Below are positions 1 through 11,426 of a stretch of DNA of 64,000 nt, piece by piece. Every line of letters starts with the position of its first letter. The stretch's first letter is position 1. The DNA lies in NCBI GenBank assembly GCA_951406725.2, contig OX597817.1, positions 20,522,001 to 20,586,000 of the forward strand. Reading direction: 5' to 3'. The DNA is from Octopus vulgaris (Eukaryota). A model generated the notes under the pieces. That model saw only the letters and a list, made by a program, of their open reading frames with translations, did no database searches and was not told the DNA's origin. The position numbers were made by a program, and so were the translations under genes.

Positions 1-937
1 AAATTAAACTATTGTTACTCATAACAAAAGCGTATTTGAACTAACTTTTGAATAAAGAATTCTAGATTTCTACGTCAACAAGTACATTGTTGCGTATTTA
101 AGAGTAGATCAAAGTTGTACTTACTGAACGAAGTAAAATAATATTTGAAATTGACCATAATTAATTCAGTTAGAATATTATATTACTAGTTAACTTACTC
201 TTGCTCAAAGAATTTTAACACCAATGTAAAATTTTCTCTGTGCCGCAATAATTTTGAGTAAACTTTTGTTAAATTAACAGATCTCTTGGAACACTGAAAT
301 CAGGAACGTGAGCTTCATCAAGAACAGAGGAACATAGGAAAAGGATATGCGATACTAAGTCTAATCATAAAATAGCAATTAAGGTGACGGCAGAAAAATA
401 ACGCTGCATATTTCCCAGTCCGTATGAAAATTACGTTAATAATTTTGGCTGTTTCATGTGTGTGAGATACTACAAGTTTGTGCTTGTAGTGAGACACTAC
501 ACGCTTGGTTCTTGAGCAACTTTATAGAATTTTTGACAATGCAATCCAAGAAAGCTCTCACTTGCAGCTTTATCCCTTCACGTATATGCATACATATACA
601 CATACATCCATATATTCTTACATACGTGCATATGAACAGAAAATTCAAACCCACATATGTGTCAATATACTCATATGTGATTGTAGTTCTTTCGACTAAG
701 GAGCTGTGTAACTGCACGAATATGTTGCGATTCGGTGTATAGTTTGGAGTGCTTGATTATATTTCGATGATTTGGAAGGTCGGGGGGGGGGGTCGATATT
801 TACGAGTGAGTGAAGGTGAATTTAGTGCTTGTCACATAATGACTAGATTTTGGAACACACGCACGCGAGAGTGAACGTTTGTTTGTACGAGCAAAATAAC
901 AAACACACACACACGCGCGCACACACATACACACGAA

Positions 938-942
<5 letters not shown>

Positions 943-991
<49 letters not shown>

Positions 992-1034
992 TGTGTGTGT
1001 GTGTGCATGTATATATGTATATATGTATGTATAT

Positions 1035-1073
<39 letters not shown>
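943..1073. repeat. (TA)n/(TG)n microsatellite cluster
   Basis: Directly visible dinucleotide arrays. Confidence 0.95.
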
Positions 1074-1074
<1 letters not shown>

Positions 1075-1079
<5 letters not shown>

Positions 1080-1190
1080 GTGATCACGTGACCGACCAGG
1101 CCATCAGATGTTGCCAAACATCGCTGGTCATAATGCGTTTGCATTGTTTTAGCCTTCGAACGACGCCACCCCGCTGGCTAAGCGAGCAGG

Positions 1191-1193
<3 letters not shown>
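1075..1193 (-). mobile_element. Short GC-richer interspersed repeat fragment, possibly a LINE/SINE 3' tail, between TA arrays
   Basis: ~120 bp island flanked by (TA)n on both sides; resembles a recalled cephalopod repeat tail; family not verified. Confidence 0.4.

Positions 1194-1284
<91 letters not shown>
1194..1284. repeat. (TA)n microsatellite
   Basis: Pure TA array. Confidence 0.97.
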
Positions 1285-1289
<5 letters not shown>

Positions 1290-1349
1290 GTATGTGTGCG
1301 TATATGTGTATATATATGTGTGTGGGGGTGGGGGTGTATTCATATGTAT

Positions 1350-1520
1350 ATACGAAGGGCTTCTTTCAGTTTCGCCTACAAAAACCCCCCAGAAGTGCCG
1401 AGGCTACAGTATAACATATTGCACTAAGATGCCAGGCAGTGGGACTTAACCTTGAACTATGTGGTTGGTAAGCAAGCTACTCACCATGCAACCACTCCTG
1501 TACCTACGCCATTCCTGCGT
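1350..1520 (-). mobile_element. tRNA-derived SINE family A, degenerate 5' half
   Basis: Matches the reverse complement of 51640-51800 (ggcttctttcagtttc...atgtggttggtaagcaagctac). Confidence 0.85.
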
Positions 1521-1779
1521 GCACACACACACACAGATAGACACCCCCCCATATATATATATACATACTTAGAGATATACGGGGTGATAGGTCTCCACTT
1601 TTCAAGAAGAGGTTGATATATTTGTGAAACACAACGGCGTGATAAGGCATGAATTTTAAAGTTGTATTTCAGATAATATTACCTGCCATGAAAAAAATGG
1701 AAGCTCCTTAAATATTGGTAAAGGCTTACTTGTATGATTATTATCCAGGCTGATTATCAAGATGACGCCCTCTTATGAC

Positions 1780-1940
1780 TATGAACCCTTAACCAAACAC
1801 AGCAATCGTTGCAATTCCATCCTCACGCCTGATTTGATCCAATGATGTTTGAACAGGGCATTGGGCTCAATTTAGGTGGTTATGTAAAGTTGTTGGAGAC
1901 TATGTTCAATCACTTAGAGGGTTTTTGGAAAATATTTGCA

Positions 1941-1942
<2 letters not shown>
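1780..1942 (+). pseudogene. Possible Tc1/mariner (maT/DD37D-like) transposase fragment
   Basis: Peptide FEQGIGLNLGGYVKLLETM resembles the 'F.QGL.LN..GY..LLETV' segment of such transposases; short and decayed. Confidence 0.4.
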
Positions 1943-2004
<62 letters not shown>

Positions 2005-2019
2005 GTGTGTGTGTATGTT

Positions 2020-2225
2020 TGTGTGTCTGTGTCCGTGCTACCCAGCATCGCTTGAAAGAATTGCTGGTACATTTACATCAGCGTAAGCTATCAGTTCGGC
2101 AAAATAAAGCGATATAATATGAACTAGGCTTACAAAGAATAAGTCCTGGGATCGATTTGCTCGACTAAAGTTGGTGCTCCAGCACGGCCGCAGTCAAGTC
2201 ACTAAAGCAAATAAAAGAATAAACT
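2020..2225 (+). mobile_element. SINE family A, 3' half
   Basis: acaaagaataagtcctgggatcgatttgctcgactaaag...ggtgctccagca matches 51950-52030. Confidence 0.85.
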
Positions 2226-2259
2226 GACTCTAATCAGAACGAAAAAGAGATGTGGTAAG

Positions 2260-2560
2260 TAGAGTTCTTTCCTGTATGATCTATCCCAAACTCTATTCCA
2301 ATATCTTTACTGAATACTCTCACTTTTTGGATTGGGGAATACAGGTATGTCTCATTGTTTTTTATATATATCTTGAGGCCATGCATATAAATTAGGGGAA
2401 ATATTTTGAGCTTAGTTTTAGTAAACACATAAGCAGATTTGGAATTTCTCAATATAATTTTCCGAGAGATTAATAAATGAGAAATAGTAACATAGAGAGT
2501 GTGTATCCTTGGAACATGCCCCTGCGTATTTTCACATTAACCAGTGATTTATTTGCACAT
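2260..2560 (-). pseudogene. Non-LTR retrotransposon RT remnant (R4/Dong-like)
   Basis: Minus-strand peptides KIRRGMFQGYTLSMLLF (cf. IRRGIFQGDSLSPLLF), LIYMHGLKIY (cf. LYMDDLKLY), FSKDIGIEFGID. Confidence 0.7.
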
Positions 2561-2584
2561 ATCGGTTCGACTTCCCCCACTCTC

Positions 2585-2760
2585 ATTGCTGGGAGAATCA
2601 TTAGCAAGCCAGGCAAAATGCTGAGCGTCATTTCATCCCTCTATGTTCTGAGTTCAAATTTCGCCGAGGTTGACTTTGCCTTGCATCCTTTCGGACTCCT
2701 TAAAGTAAGGAGCACTTGCATACTGTAGATGATGCAATCGACATGACCCTGTCACAAAAA
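2585..2760 (+). mobile_element. SINE family B (Meta-domain-like), degenerate
   Basis: ttctgagttcaaatttcgccgaggttgactttgccttgcatcctttcgg matches the 8288-8696 copy. Confidence 0.8.
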
Positions 2761-2796
2761 TTCAGAGAATATACCTATAATAGATTGAAACACTAT

Positions 2797-2985
2797 TGGT
2801 TTCAAATTTTCGCAAAGGCCATGGATTTCAGGGGAGGGGCAATGTCGATTAAGTTGACCCAAATGCTGAACTAGTATTTATTTTATTTACTAGGAATTGA
2901 TGAACATAGAGTTGACTTCGGTGGAATTTGAACTCAGAACGTAAATACTGACGTAATTCTGCTAAGCATTTTGCGCGACTGCAAT
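2797..2985 (-). mobile_element. SINE family B, degenerate
   Basis: gttgacttcggtggaatttgaactcagaacgtaa, reverse complement of the family B core. Confidence 0.75.
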
Positions 2986-2990
2986 GATTT

Positions 2991-3408
2991 TTATTTATTT
3001 ATTGCCCACAGGGGGCTAAACATAGAGGGGACAAACAAAGACAGACAAAAGGATTAAGTCGATTACATCGACACCAGTCCGTAACTGGTACTTAATTTAT
3101 CGAGACCGAAATGATGAAAGGCAAAATCGACCTCGGCGGAATTTGAACTCAGAACGTAAAGACAGACGAAATACCTGTTTCTTTATTACCCACAAGGAGC
3201 TAAACATAGAGGGGACAAACAAGGACAGACAAACGGATTAAGTCGATGACATCGAACCCAGTGCGTGACTAGTACTTATTTAATCGACGCCGAAAGGCTG
3301 AAAGGCCAAGTCGACCTCGGCGGAATTTGAACTCAGAATGTAGCGGCAGACGAAATGCCGCTAAGCATTTCGACCGGCGTGCTAACGTTTCTACCAGCTC
3401 GCCGCCTT
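2991..3408 (-). mobile_element. SINE family B, dimeric copy
   Basis: Two tandem ~185-bp units ending in the head aaggcggcgagctggtagaaacgttagcacgcc; B-box-like gagttcaaattcc; core gccgaggtcgactttgcctttcatc resembles the Meta domain. Confidence 0.9.
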
Positions 3409-3411
3409 AGA

Positions 3412-3605
3412 CTGAAGTGGTTTAGTAGAATTGACAGCACGGCGAGAAATATTTTTAGCCGCATTTTGCTGCGTTCAAAATTACTGAGGTCAACCTTGCC
3501 TTCCATGCTTCGACGCTAGTGAAATAAATGACATCTGAGCACCTGGGTGGGTGTAATCAAACAGCTCGCGCCCCCAAATTTTGAGGAGTGATGTCTCTTA
3601 TACAA
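3412..3605 (+). mobile_element. SINE family B, degenerate
   Basis: gcgttcaaaattactgaggtcaaccttgccttccatgcttcg. Confidence 0.6.
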
Positions 3606-4309
3606 ATAATAAGTATCATTAAATTTATTATATATGCTATTTATAGATGTTTGTCATGTCAATCCAGTTCATGCGTCGTATAATTTAAAAGATACTACCG
3701 CTTGGGAAATGTTCATAATTATTTATTATATTTCAACTTATTTTTGTAGATAGTAACATTATTCATGGCTTGAAACTTATGTCTAATGAGGCATGCATAT
3801 AATAGAATGGAAACACATTTTGTTCAACGCAGAAAATGACAGGCTGTGAGAAAAGGTTATAAATTCTTTACTTTACTGCCTTAAAGTGATATAAAAATAA
3901 TTCGGCTGTTTCTTCGCATATTCTGATCGCTTCAAGTGTCCTAAGATAATATTTGGATGTGACTGAAATACATCCATATAAGAAACCGGAAACCTTTCAA
4001 GTTGTAGTCAGATTTTTATCACGTAATTAATGTGTTCTGTTAAACAGATATTATTTAAATCAGTAATTATGTTTATCCACTAATTAAAAACATGGCTAAA
4101 TTGAATAGATTTCAATAATATAGTGAGTCGAAATATTTGTACAAATAATGTTGAAGCGAGTAAAACATAATAGGATAAATTTTGTATCACTTATCTCACA
4201 CCACAGCCCAGGAAGTATATTTCCGCTGTCTATAATTATGCTATATCAGTAAAATTTAAAACATCTACCTTCATACATATATACCTGCCAATAAATATTT
4301 ACATTGATA

Positions 4310-5566
4310 TCAGGTCATCCCATAAGTTCTGTCCGATTATACTTTTGATTATACAATTGAATGAAATTTAATAGTATTTTAGGATGTCTAATGGAATTAA
4401 AAATTATTTTTATGCATTTGTGTATATTTAAAATAATTAAATATTATTTTACAAACTAATAGAATTAAAATCTCTTTGATTAAAAAAATATTCTAACATG
4501 GAAGTATCCAAAGAGCATTTGAGGCACGTAATGATTTATGACTAAAAAAAAGGAAACTCTGCAGCCGAAACGTTCACTTAATTTATAGGAAAGAATGCTT
4601 GAATGGAAGAACTTGCAGAAGATGGCTTGCAAAATTCAGAAGTGGAGATTTCAGCCTTGAAGTTGAAGATCGAACAGGACGTCCAGTTGTGTTTCAGTAT
4701 AAGCTCCTTCAGGCATTACTTGAAGAAAATCCGGCATTATCAGTTGAAGAATTGCCACTAAAGCTTTGTTCAAAACATGCAACTGTGCATCGACATCTTC
4801 AGCAACTTGGAAACGTTCCTAAATTTGGAAAATGGGTACCTTATGAATTGTCCGAAAGCAACCGCAAGTCCCGAGTTGACATCTGTTCTTCTCTCCATTC
4901 TCGCGAACTAATTTCTCGCCTTTTGGATGGACTTGTGGTTGGTGATGAAAAATGGATCCTATATCGAAATGTTAAATGTCGTAAACAGTGGCTTAGTAAA
5001 AGAAAAAAAGCTCAACCACAACCGAGAAGGAAACTTCATGGGAAAAGTTTATTCTCTCTCTCTGGTGGGATTGCAAATGAGTAATTCACTTTGAATTGTT
5101 ACCACCTAATGCAACAATCAATGCTCAAGTCTACTGTCAGCAATTAGAGCGTTTGGGCCAAGCTTTGAAGAAAAAATACCTGCTTTCGTGAATCGAAAAG
5201 GACAACGCGTGACCCTACACTGAAAAGATCACATCACAAAAGATCGAAGAGCTTGGTTGGGAAATTATTTTAATCCACCTTATTCTCTCAAACTTGCTCG
5301 TTCAGACCACCATTTGGTTCGTAGTTTACAGAAACATTTGGGGGAGATAACTTTCGCAAGCCTGGAGGAGGTCGAAATTGACATTTCAGAGTTCTTCGCT
5401 TTGCAACCAAAAGAATATTATATTGATGGGATTAAAAAGCTTGTAAATAAATGGAAGGGAGTCATAGATAATCAGGGAAAGTACATTGACGATTATTCCA
5501 ATTGTATATATTTGACTACTTGATTTCTTTATTCAAAATTCGAACAGAACTTATGGGATGACCTAA
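4310..5566 (+). mobile_element. Full-length mariner transposon, inactive
   Basis: TIRs tcaggtcatcccataagttctgtccga / tcgaacagaacttatgggatgacctaa flanked by TA; ~1.26 kb. Confidence 0.95.
4498..5523 (+). pseudogene. Mariner transposase pseudogene (stops and frameshifts)
   Basis: MEVSKEHLRH start; WVPYEL (WVPHEL), GDEKW, DNA*P and PPYSLKLARSDHHL (YSPDLAPSDYHL) motifs. Confidence 0.93.
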
Positions 5567-5686
5567 TACGAGGATACACACATCCATATATACACATACA
5601 CACACAGACGCACAAATATATATATATATATATATATATACGTTTAAATATTTGGCTAAACTGGCAATATGACCATTCCGAAATAT

Positions 5687-5739
<53 letters not shown>

Positions 5740-6015
5740 CATACATACATACATACTTACATATATACATATGTTGTATATATTTATATTTGTGACCATG
5801 TATGTATGAGTGTGTGTGTATCTGTAGGCGTGTGTGTAGGTGTATGCATGTATGTGTGTGTGAGAATTATATACTCATAAGCATAAGATAAATAAATGCA
5901 CGTATGTCCATTCACATATATGTATAGATATACACACATATACGTAATGATACAAACACATGAAAGTATGCATTTATGCAAATGCATGTATCTATACACT
6001 TGTAAACTTATGTGC

Positions 6016-6050
<35 letters not shown>

Positions 6051-6058
<8 letters not shown>

Positions 6059-6267
6059 AGTATGTTACATTACTCGATAGTCAAGATAAAACTCTGAGTT
6101 TCAGATGCCGAAGTGGGAATCCACGACATCTCTTCGGTTATCTGGCTATTTTTTCATAGCGTTTTCAAATAGCCAGATAACCGAAGAGATGTCGTGGATT
6201 CCCACTTCGGCATCTGAAACTCAGAGTTTTATCTTGACTATCAAGTAATGTAACATAGTATTGTATA
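6051..6267. repeat. Near-perfect palindrome: 101-bp arms, 15-bp spacer
   Basis: 6051-6151 is the reverse complement of 6167-6267 with 2 mismatches; spacer tttcatagcgttttc. Confidence 0.97.
6175..6234 (+). ncRNA. Variant hammerhead-ribozyme-like motif (mirror copy on the minus strand in the left arm)
   Basis: agataa-CCGAAGA-gatgtcg..cggcatc-T-GAAA-ctcagag-TT-ttatct; stems I-III present; core deviates (U4C, extra U before GAAA). Confidence 0.55.
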
Positions 6268-6344
6268 GATAAATTTCGTCTATTTACATAATATTGAGGT
6301 CTCTTTCTTTCTTTTGTTATCTTGCCGTTTTACCAATATATATG

Positions 6345-6554
<210 letters not shown>

Positions 6555-6794
6555 AATAAGTATATATATACATATAAGTATGTATATATATATATATATA
6601 AGTATGTATATACAAATATGTATGTATCTCTGCATGCCTTGATTTCAAACTTTGACACAGGGTAGCACAATTCGGTAGAGTGGTTCAGTCGATTACAATT
6701 ACACTTGTGAACGATTGGTACTTATGTTATTGACTTCGAAACGATAGCGAAATGTATATATTTCTACTGATATGTATGTATATATATATATATG

Positions 6795-6842
<48 letters not shown>

Positions 6843-6852
6843 CATATATATT

Positions 6853-7028
6853 ACTCTTTTACTTGTTTCAGTAATTTCACTGTGGCCATACAGGAGCACC
6901 GCCTTTAGTCGAAGAAATCGACTCAGGACTTATTCTTTGTAAGCCTAGTACTTATTCAGTCGGTCACTCTGCCGAACCGCTAAATTACAAAGACGTAAAC
7001 ACACAAGCATCGGTTGTCAAGCGATGCT
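6853..7028 (-). mobile_element. SINE family A, 3' part
   Basis: ctcttttacttgtttcagt...gccgaaccgctaa...gcatcggttgtcaagc matches 38824-39000. Confidence 0.9.
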
Positions 7029-7051
7029 TAAACACTACGCCATAAGCCCAC

Positions 7052-7180
7052 GGGCATATGGCATAGTGGTTAAGAGCACGCGCTATTAAACCCAAAATTC
7101 CGTGTTCAATTCTAGGCAAATATCCCTCAATTTGGACTTTTGTAAATAATGTACTCCTCATCTTTTAAATATAGAACTGT
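7052..7180 (+). mobile_element. Third tRNA-derived SINE-like head
   Basis: gggcatatggcatagtggttaagagc (A-box-like) and gtgttcaattct (B-box-like) at tRNA spacing, without a proper cloverleaf. Confidence 0.55.
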
Positions 7181-7197
7181 ATTTTTATACATATGCA

Positions 7198-7311
<114 letters not shown>

Positions 7312-8287
7312 TATATATATATATATACATTCACATACACACATTCATGTATGTGTATGTGAGAGTTTGTGTGCATGCGCGCACCCTTGGAAATTCCTAT
7401 TGAAAAAGAACACACCATGCATACAATTAGCGGTTGTTCTAACTTTAATTACGCCGCACTAATGTAATATAATTCATACTATTTTTAAATTGTGTTAGAA
7501 GTTGATTTAAAATCAAAATTAGAAAATACTAGCATAAGCAGACTCTGTAGATATTTTTCTAATCAACGTTTCATCCTGTACACATTTCTCTCACTATTTC
7601 ATTATTTCCTCAACTGACAAATTGATGAAATAAAATATTTGTGCAAACAAAAATAAATAGACACTGATAAAAAGTAATGCACCATCGCCTTTAATTTTAA
7701 TTTATTTCACCGGATATTAAACATTGCAATGAATGGATATTTAACATAACCCGCTTTTATTTCAGTAAATTACTAGAATTTACACGGGTAATTTGAGTAT
7801 GGTTCATGAGATACTTTTATCTTATCTGCATTAGTGAAGCATAGTATTTAAATATCCTGAAATATCCTCCCGCAGGAAATTTTACACTGCAATAAGTGTT
7901 AGTAGAGGAGCAATAATTGTGTGTACTAGAAAGAGGGAAAATCACGAATTTAGCTGTATGTATCAGGCACATCAAAAACATATCACAGAAAAGAGTTTAA
8001 AAAGAATTTTAGTGTTGGGAAAACTATTAGAAATAATAGACATAAACGAAAAGAAAGAAAATTGTACAAAGGATACAAATTAATGATAGACGTCAAAAAC
8101 CAGTTGGAAGAACAACGTTATTGATGATAAACGGTTAAGTCTTAAATGTGTTTTTTATCTTCTTATTTTTTCATCGATTTCAAATATAGGCTCTCTGCCA
8201 ATAAGATTGATGTAGGTAAATGTCAGTTTTACCCGTCTTTTTAACTTACTGGATTTTATAATATCAAGATGGCAACATTGAAAGGTA

Positions 8288-8696
8288 AAGGCGGTGAGCT
8301 GGCAGAAGCGTTAGCACGCCGAGCAAAATGCCTAGCGTTATTTCGTCTGCCGATTCGTTCTGAGTTCAAATTCCGTCGAGGTCGCCTCTGCCTTTCATCC
8401 TTTCGGGGATGGTTAAATTAAGTACCAGATGCGAACTGGGTTCGATGTAAGCGACTTAATAATACCTATGTATGTCCTTGTTTGTCCCCTCTGTGTTTAG
8501 CCTCTTGCGGGTAATAAAGAAATAGGTATATCGTCTGTCGCTACCTTCTGAGTTCAAATTCCACTGTGGTCGACTTTGCCTTTCATCCTTTCGGCGTCGA
8601 TTAAATCAGTACCAGTTAATCACTGGGGTCGATGTAATCGACTTGATCGACTTGTCAGTCCTTGATTGTCCTCTCTATGTGGGCAATAAAGAAATA
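8288..8696 (+). mobile_element. SINE family B, dimeric copy
   Basis: Head aaggcggtgagctggcagaagcgttagcacgcc followed by two tandem core units ending aataaagaaata. Confidence 0.9.
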
Positions 8697-9456
8697 AATG
8701 TTGAAAGGTAAAATCACCCTTGAAAGTAACAGAACGCAGAATATAATGGGAAGGTGCTATAGAAAATCAAGGCATAGAGTCTGTTGATAGGACACGTCTC
8801 CTACTCTCTGTCCTACTCTATGAATATTTTTAATACCAACAGTAGTTCTATGCTGTAGTGAATCATCTCAGTTACATATAAGTTATTCTCTATGTACACC
8901 TAGGAATCTCACTGCAACGTATACAAATTGTTTCTCATAGATAAAATAGTACAACTACTTCATGAAATACATGCAACAGCGCATCAAGATATAATAATAA
9001 TATTAAATAAATAAAGGCAGTTATTCTTTTACGAAAAACTACGTTTATAACAAATTCTTATGTATTTAAAAATATTTTCTATATTAAAGAATTTTATGAA
9101 AAATGTCTTAGTAATCAGAGGAATTGGAAGAGCCTCTGACCCAATATGTCAGAGTTGCAGAGTTGGTGTGGACGCAATCTATATATCGTTACATGATATG
9201 TGTTGAGACATTCACGTAAAGAAAATGCATAAATGCCACGTACATTTAGATATATGACAAACATACTGTTTTCCCCTTAAGAAAGAATTCTTTCATCGCG
9301 ATAACTGCAGTGAATTTCCCTTTAATAGTTCAAATATGTCAAAAACATACTTTAACTAACCTAAAGTTCCCTTATGCTTAAAAACCCCTTGCTGTGCACA
9401 CTGCTGCTCATGTATATATGTATGTAATTATGTATCTATCTATTTCTCTCTCTCTC

Positions 9457-9509
<53 letters not shown>

Positions 9510-9759
9510 TTATGCACTTTTCCGTATCACGTTACAGTGATACGGAAAACTGCAGCATTGATTACAAACCATTTATGGAGTAAATTATGGGCTAAATCGA
9601 CTAAAGGAGTTGTGACTCGTCCGTTTGGGGTATTCCAGGCACTAACCAGTCATGGAAAATTTATAATGGTCGTACTATGGGATTTTTTAACGCACCGAAC
9701 AACTGTCAGTGGATATACTCCTTAGCGGCAGTCGGCGTTGCGTCTAACATGACACATCG

Positions 9760-10000
9760 TCTGAAGTTTTGACACCTCCTTCGGATTTGTTATCCTGCAT
9801 CGCTCATAAAGTAAATTTGGAGGAACTTGTTGTTCATTTGTAGGTAGCAGGGAAACAATGAGGTGATAGACTTGCCCTTGAACTTTGAACGTTGGTGTAA
9901 ATCCATGTTCAACTATCTCCTCAGATGCACCAATCGATGTCATTTGAAATGCAGTGTTGTCTGATATTTTTCAGAAAATCCTTTGAGTGGATGAAAGTGC
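9760..10000 (-). pseudogene. Helitron Rep/helicase N-terminal fragment
   Basis: FQMTSIGASEEIVEHGFTPTFKVQGQVYHLIVSLLP, the characteristic Helitron 'FQMTSFGA..F.PTFKVQGQVYH.IGSLLP' block. Confidence 0.85.
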
Positions 10001-10059
10001 CTTCTAAGATGATCTATAAGATGATCTCTTTCACTTTCTTTCTCTCGTACGTCCTCTCT

Positions 10060-10470
10060 GAAATATTTAAAAACACAAAACGAACCCCGTCACCACTCAC
10101 TGTCTCTCTCCCCCTCTATCTTTCTCGCCCACTTTCTCTCTGTCTGTCTCTCTCTCTCACATACACACTCTCTCTCTGTTTCTCTCTTACGTCATCTCTA
10201 AAAGATTTAAATATACAAAACGAACGCCGTCATCCCTCACTCTCCCTTTTTCACTCTCTCTCTTTGTTTCTCACTCTCTCACTTTCTCTCTCACTCTTTT
10301 TCTTTCTCTCTTTCGCCCTCTCTGAACCATTTCAAACACACAAAACGAACGTCGTCACAGCCCACTTTCTCTCTCACTCCCTCTCTCAAACACACACTCT
10401 CTCACTCACACACAATCTCTCTCTCTTTCTCTCTTACTTCCTCTCTGTACTCTCTCTCTCGCTTTGCCAT
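10060..10470. repeat. Three ~130-140-bp CT-rich tandem units
   Basis: Anchor acaaaacgaac..cgtca recurs near 10075, 10215 and 10340. Confidence 0.75.
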
Positions 10471-11344
10471 AGCTTTAAAGAAAATGTGACGCAAAAATAG
10501 ATAGGTACAAGAATAAAAAGTTAGCGTATTAATATTATTGATTGGCAAGTAATTAAATAGTAATAATTTAATTAATTTAGGGATTTATACATATACTTTT
10601 TCCTTTGACTGATTTACGGAATGTTTTAAAATTTAACTGATCAATTATATCGACCGCTGGACCTTCATCAACCCCATTACGGGAATAGGCGGTTGGACTT
10701 CACCACATATTAGTAAGCGAATAATTGAAATAAACTGTTGTACACTTTATTACGGTAGAAATTATTAATTAGTATTATAAACACTGTTATTAAAAACTGT
10801 TATGGTTGCTTCAAAGCTTTATGGTACCTTCGCTCGCTCTATGACTAAACGTATTGCCTCATCCCTTTATTGTTAATTTTTTGTATTTTTACTTTCTTAA
10901 TACTTATCCACCCTATAACTTCCATAGAAGGAATTAACCCACCATTTACTATTTTAAGATTAGTCATTTACTCAACGTCTCAAAGAGACGTATACGGAAA
11001 GTGGTATGATTTAAACATTTTCAGCCATTCCTTTTCCTCTGTAGGCTGTTCTTTTTTCTGTTATGTATGTATTTTACTTTATTCTGATGAAGCTCCATTT
11101 TCCAGATCGGTTTTATTACCAAATATGAGGAATATTATTCTTAGCATATCAATGCCAATACCATATAACATTGGAAGTCGAGACAACTGTTAGATGGCAG
11201 GTAATCTATTTATATTGAATTAAAAAGTAATAATCGATGTAAGTCAATTGTTGTGGAACAATATTTTTCCATTTTCTGTTTACTTTACAAACACAAAGAG
11301 ACAAACAAACAAACACACACACATACACACACACACGTATATAT

Positions 11345-11365
11345 AACAACAACAACAACAACAAC

Positions 11366-11399
<34 letters not shown>

Positions 11400-11426
11400 G
11401 TAATAATGATAATGATAATAATAATA
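11345..11426. repeat. (AAC)n(AAT)n microsatellite
   Basis: Directly visible. Confidence 0.95.
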
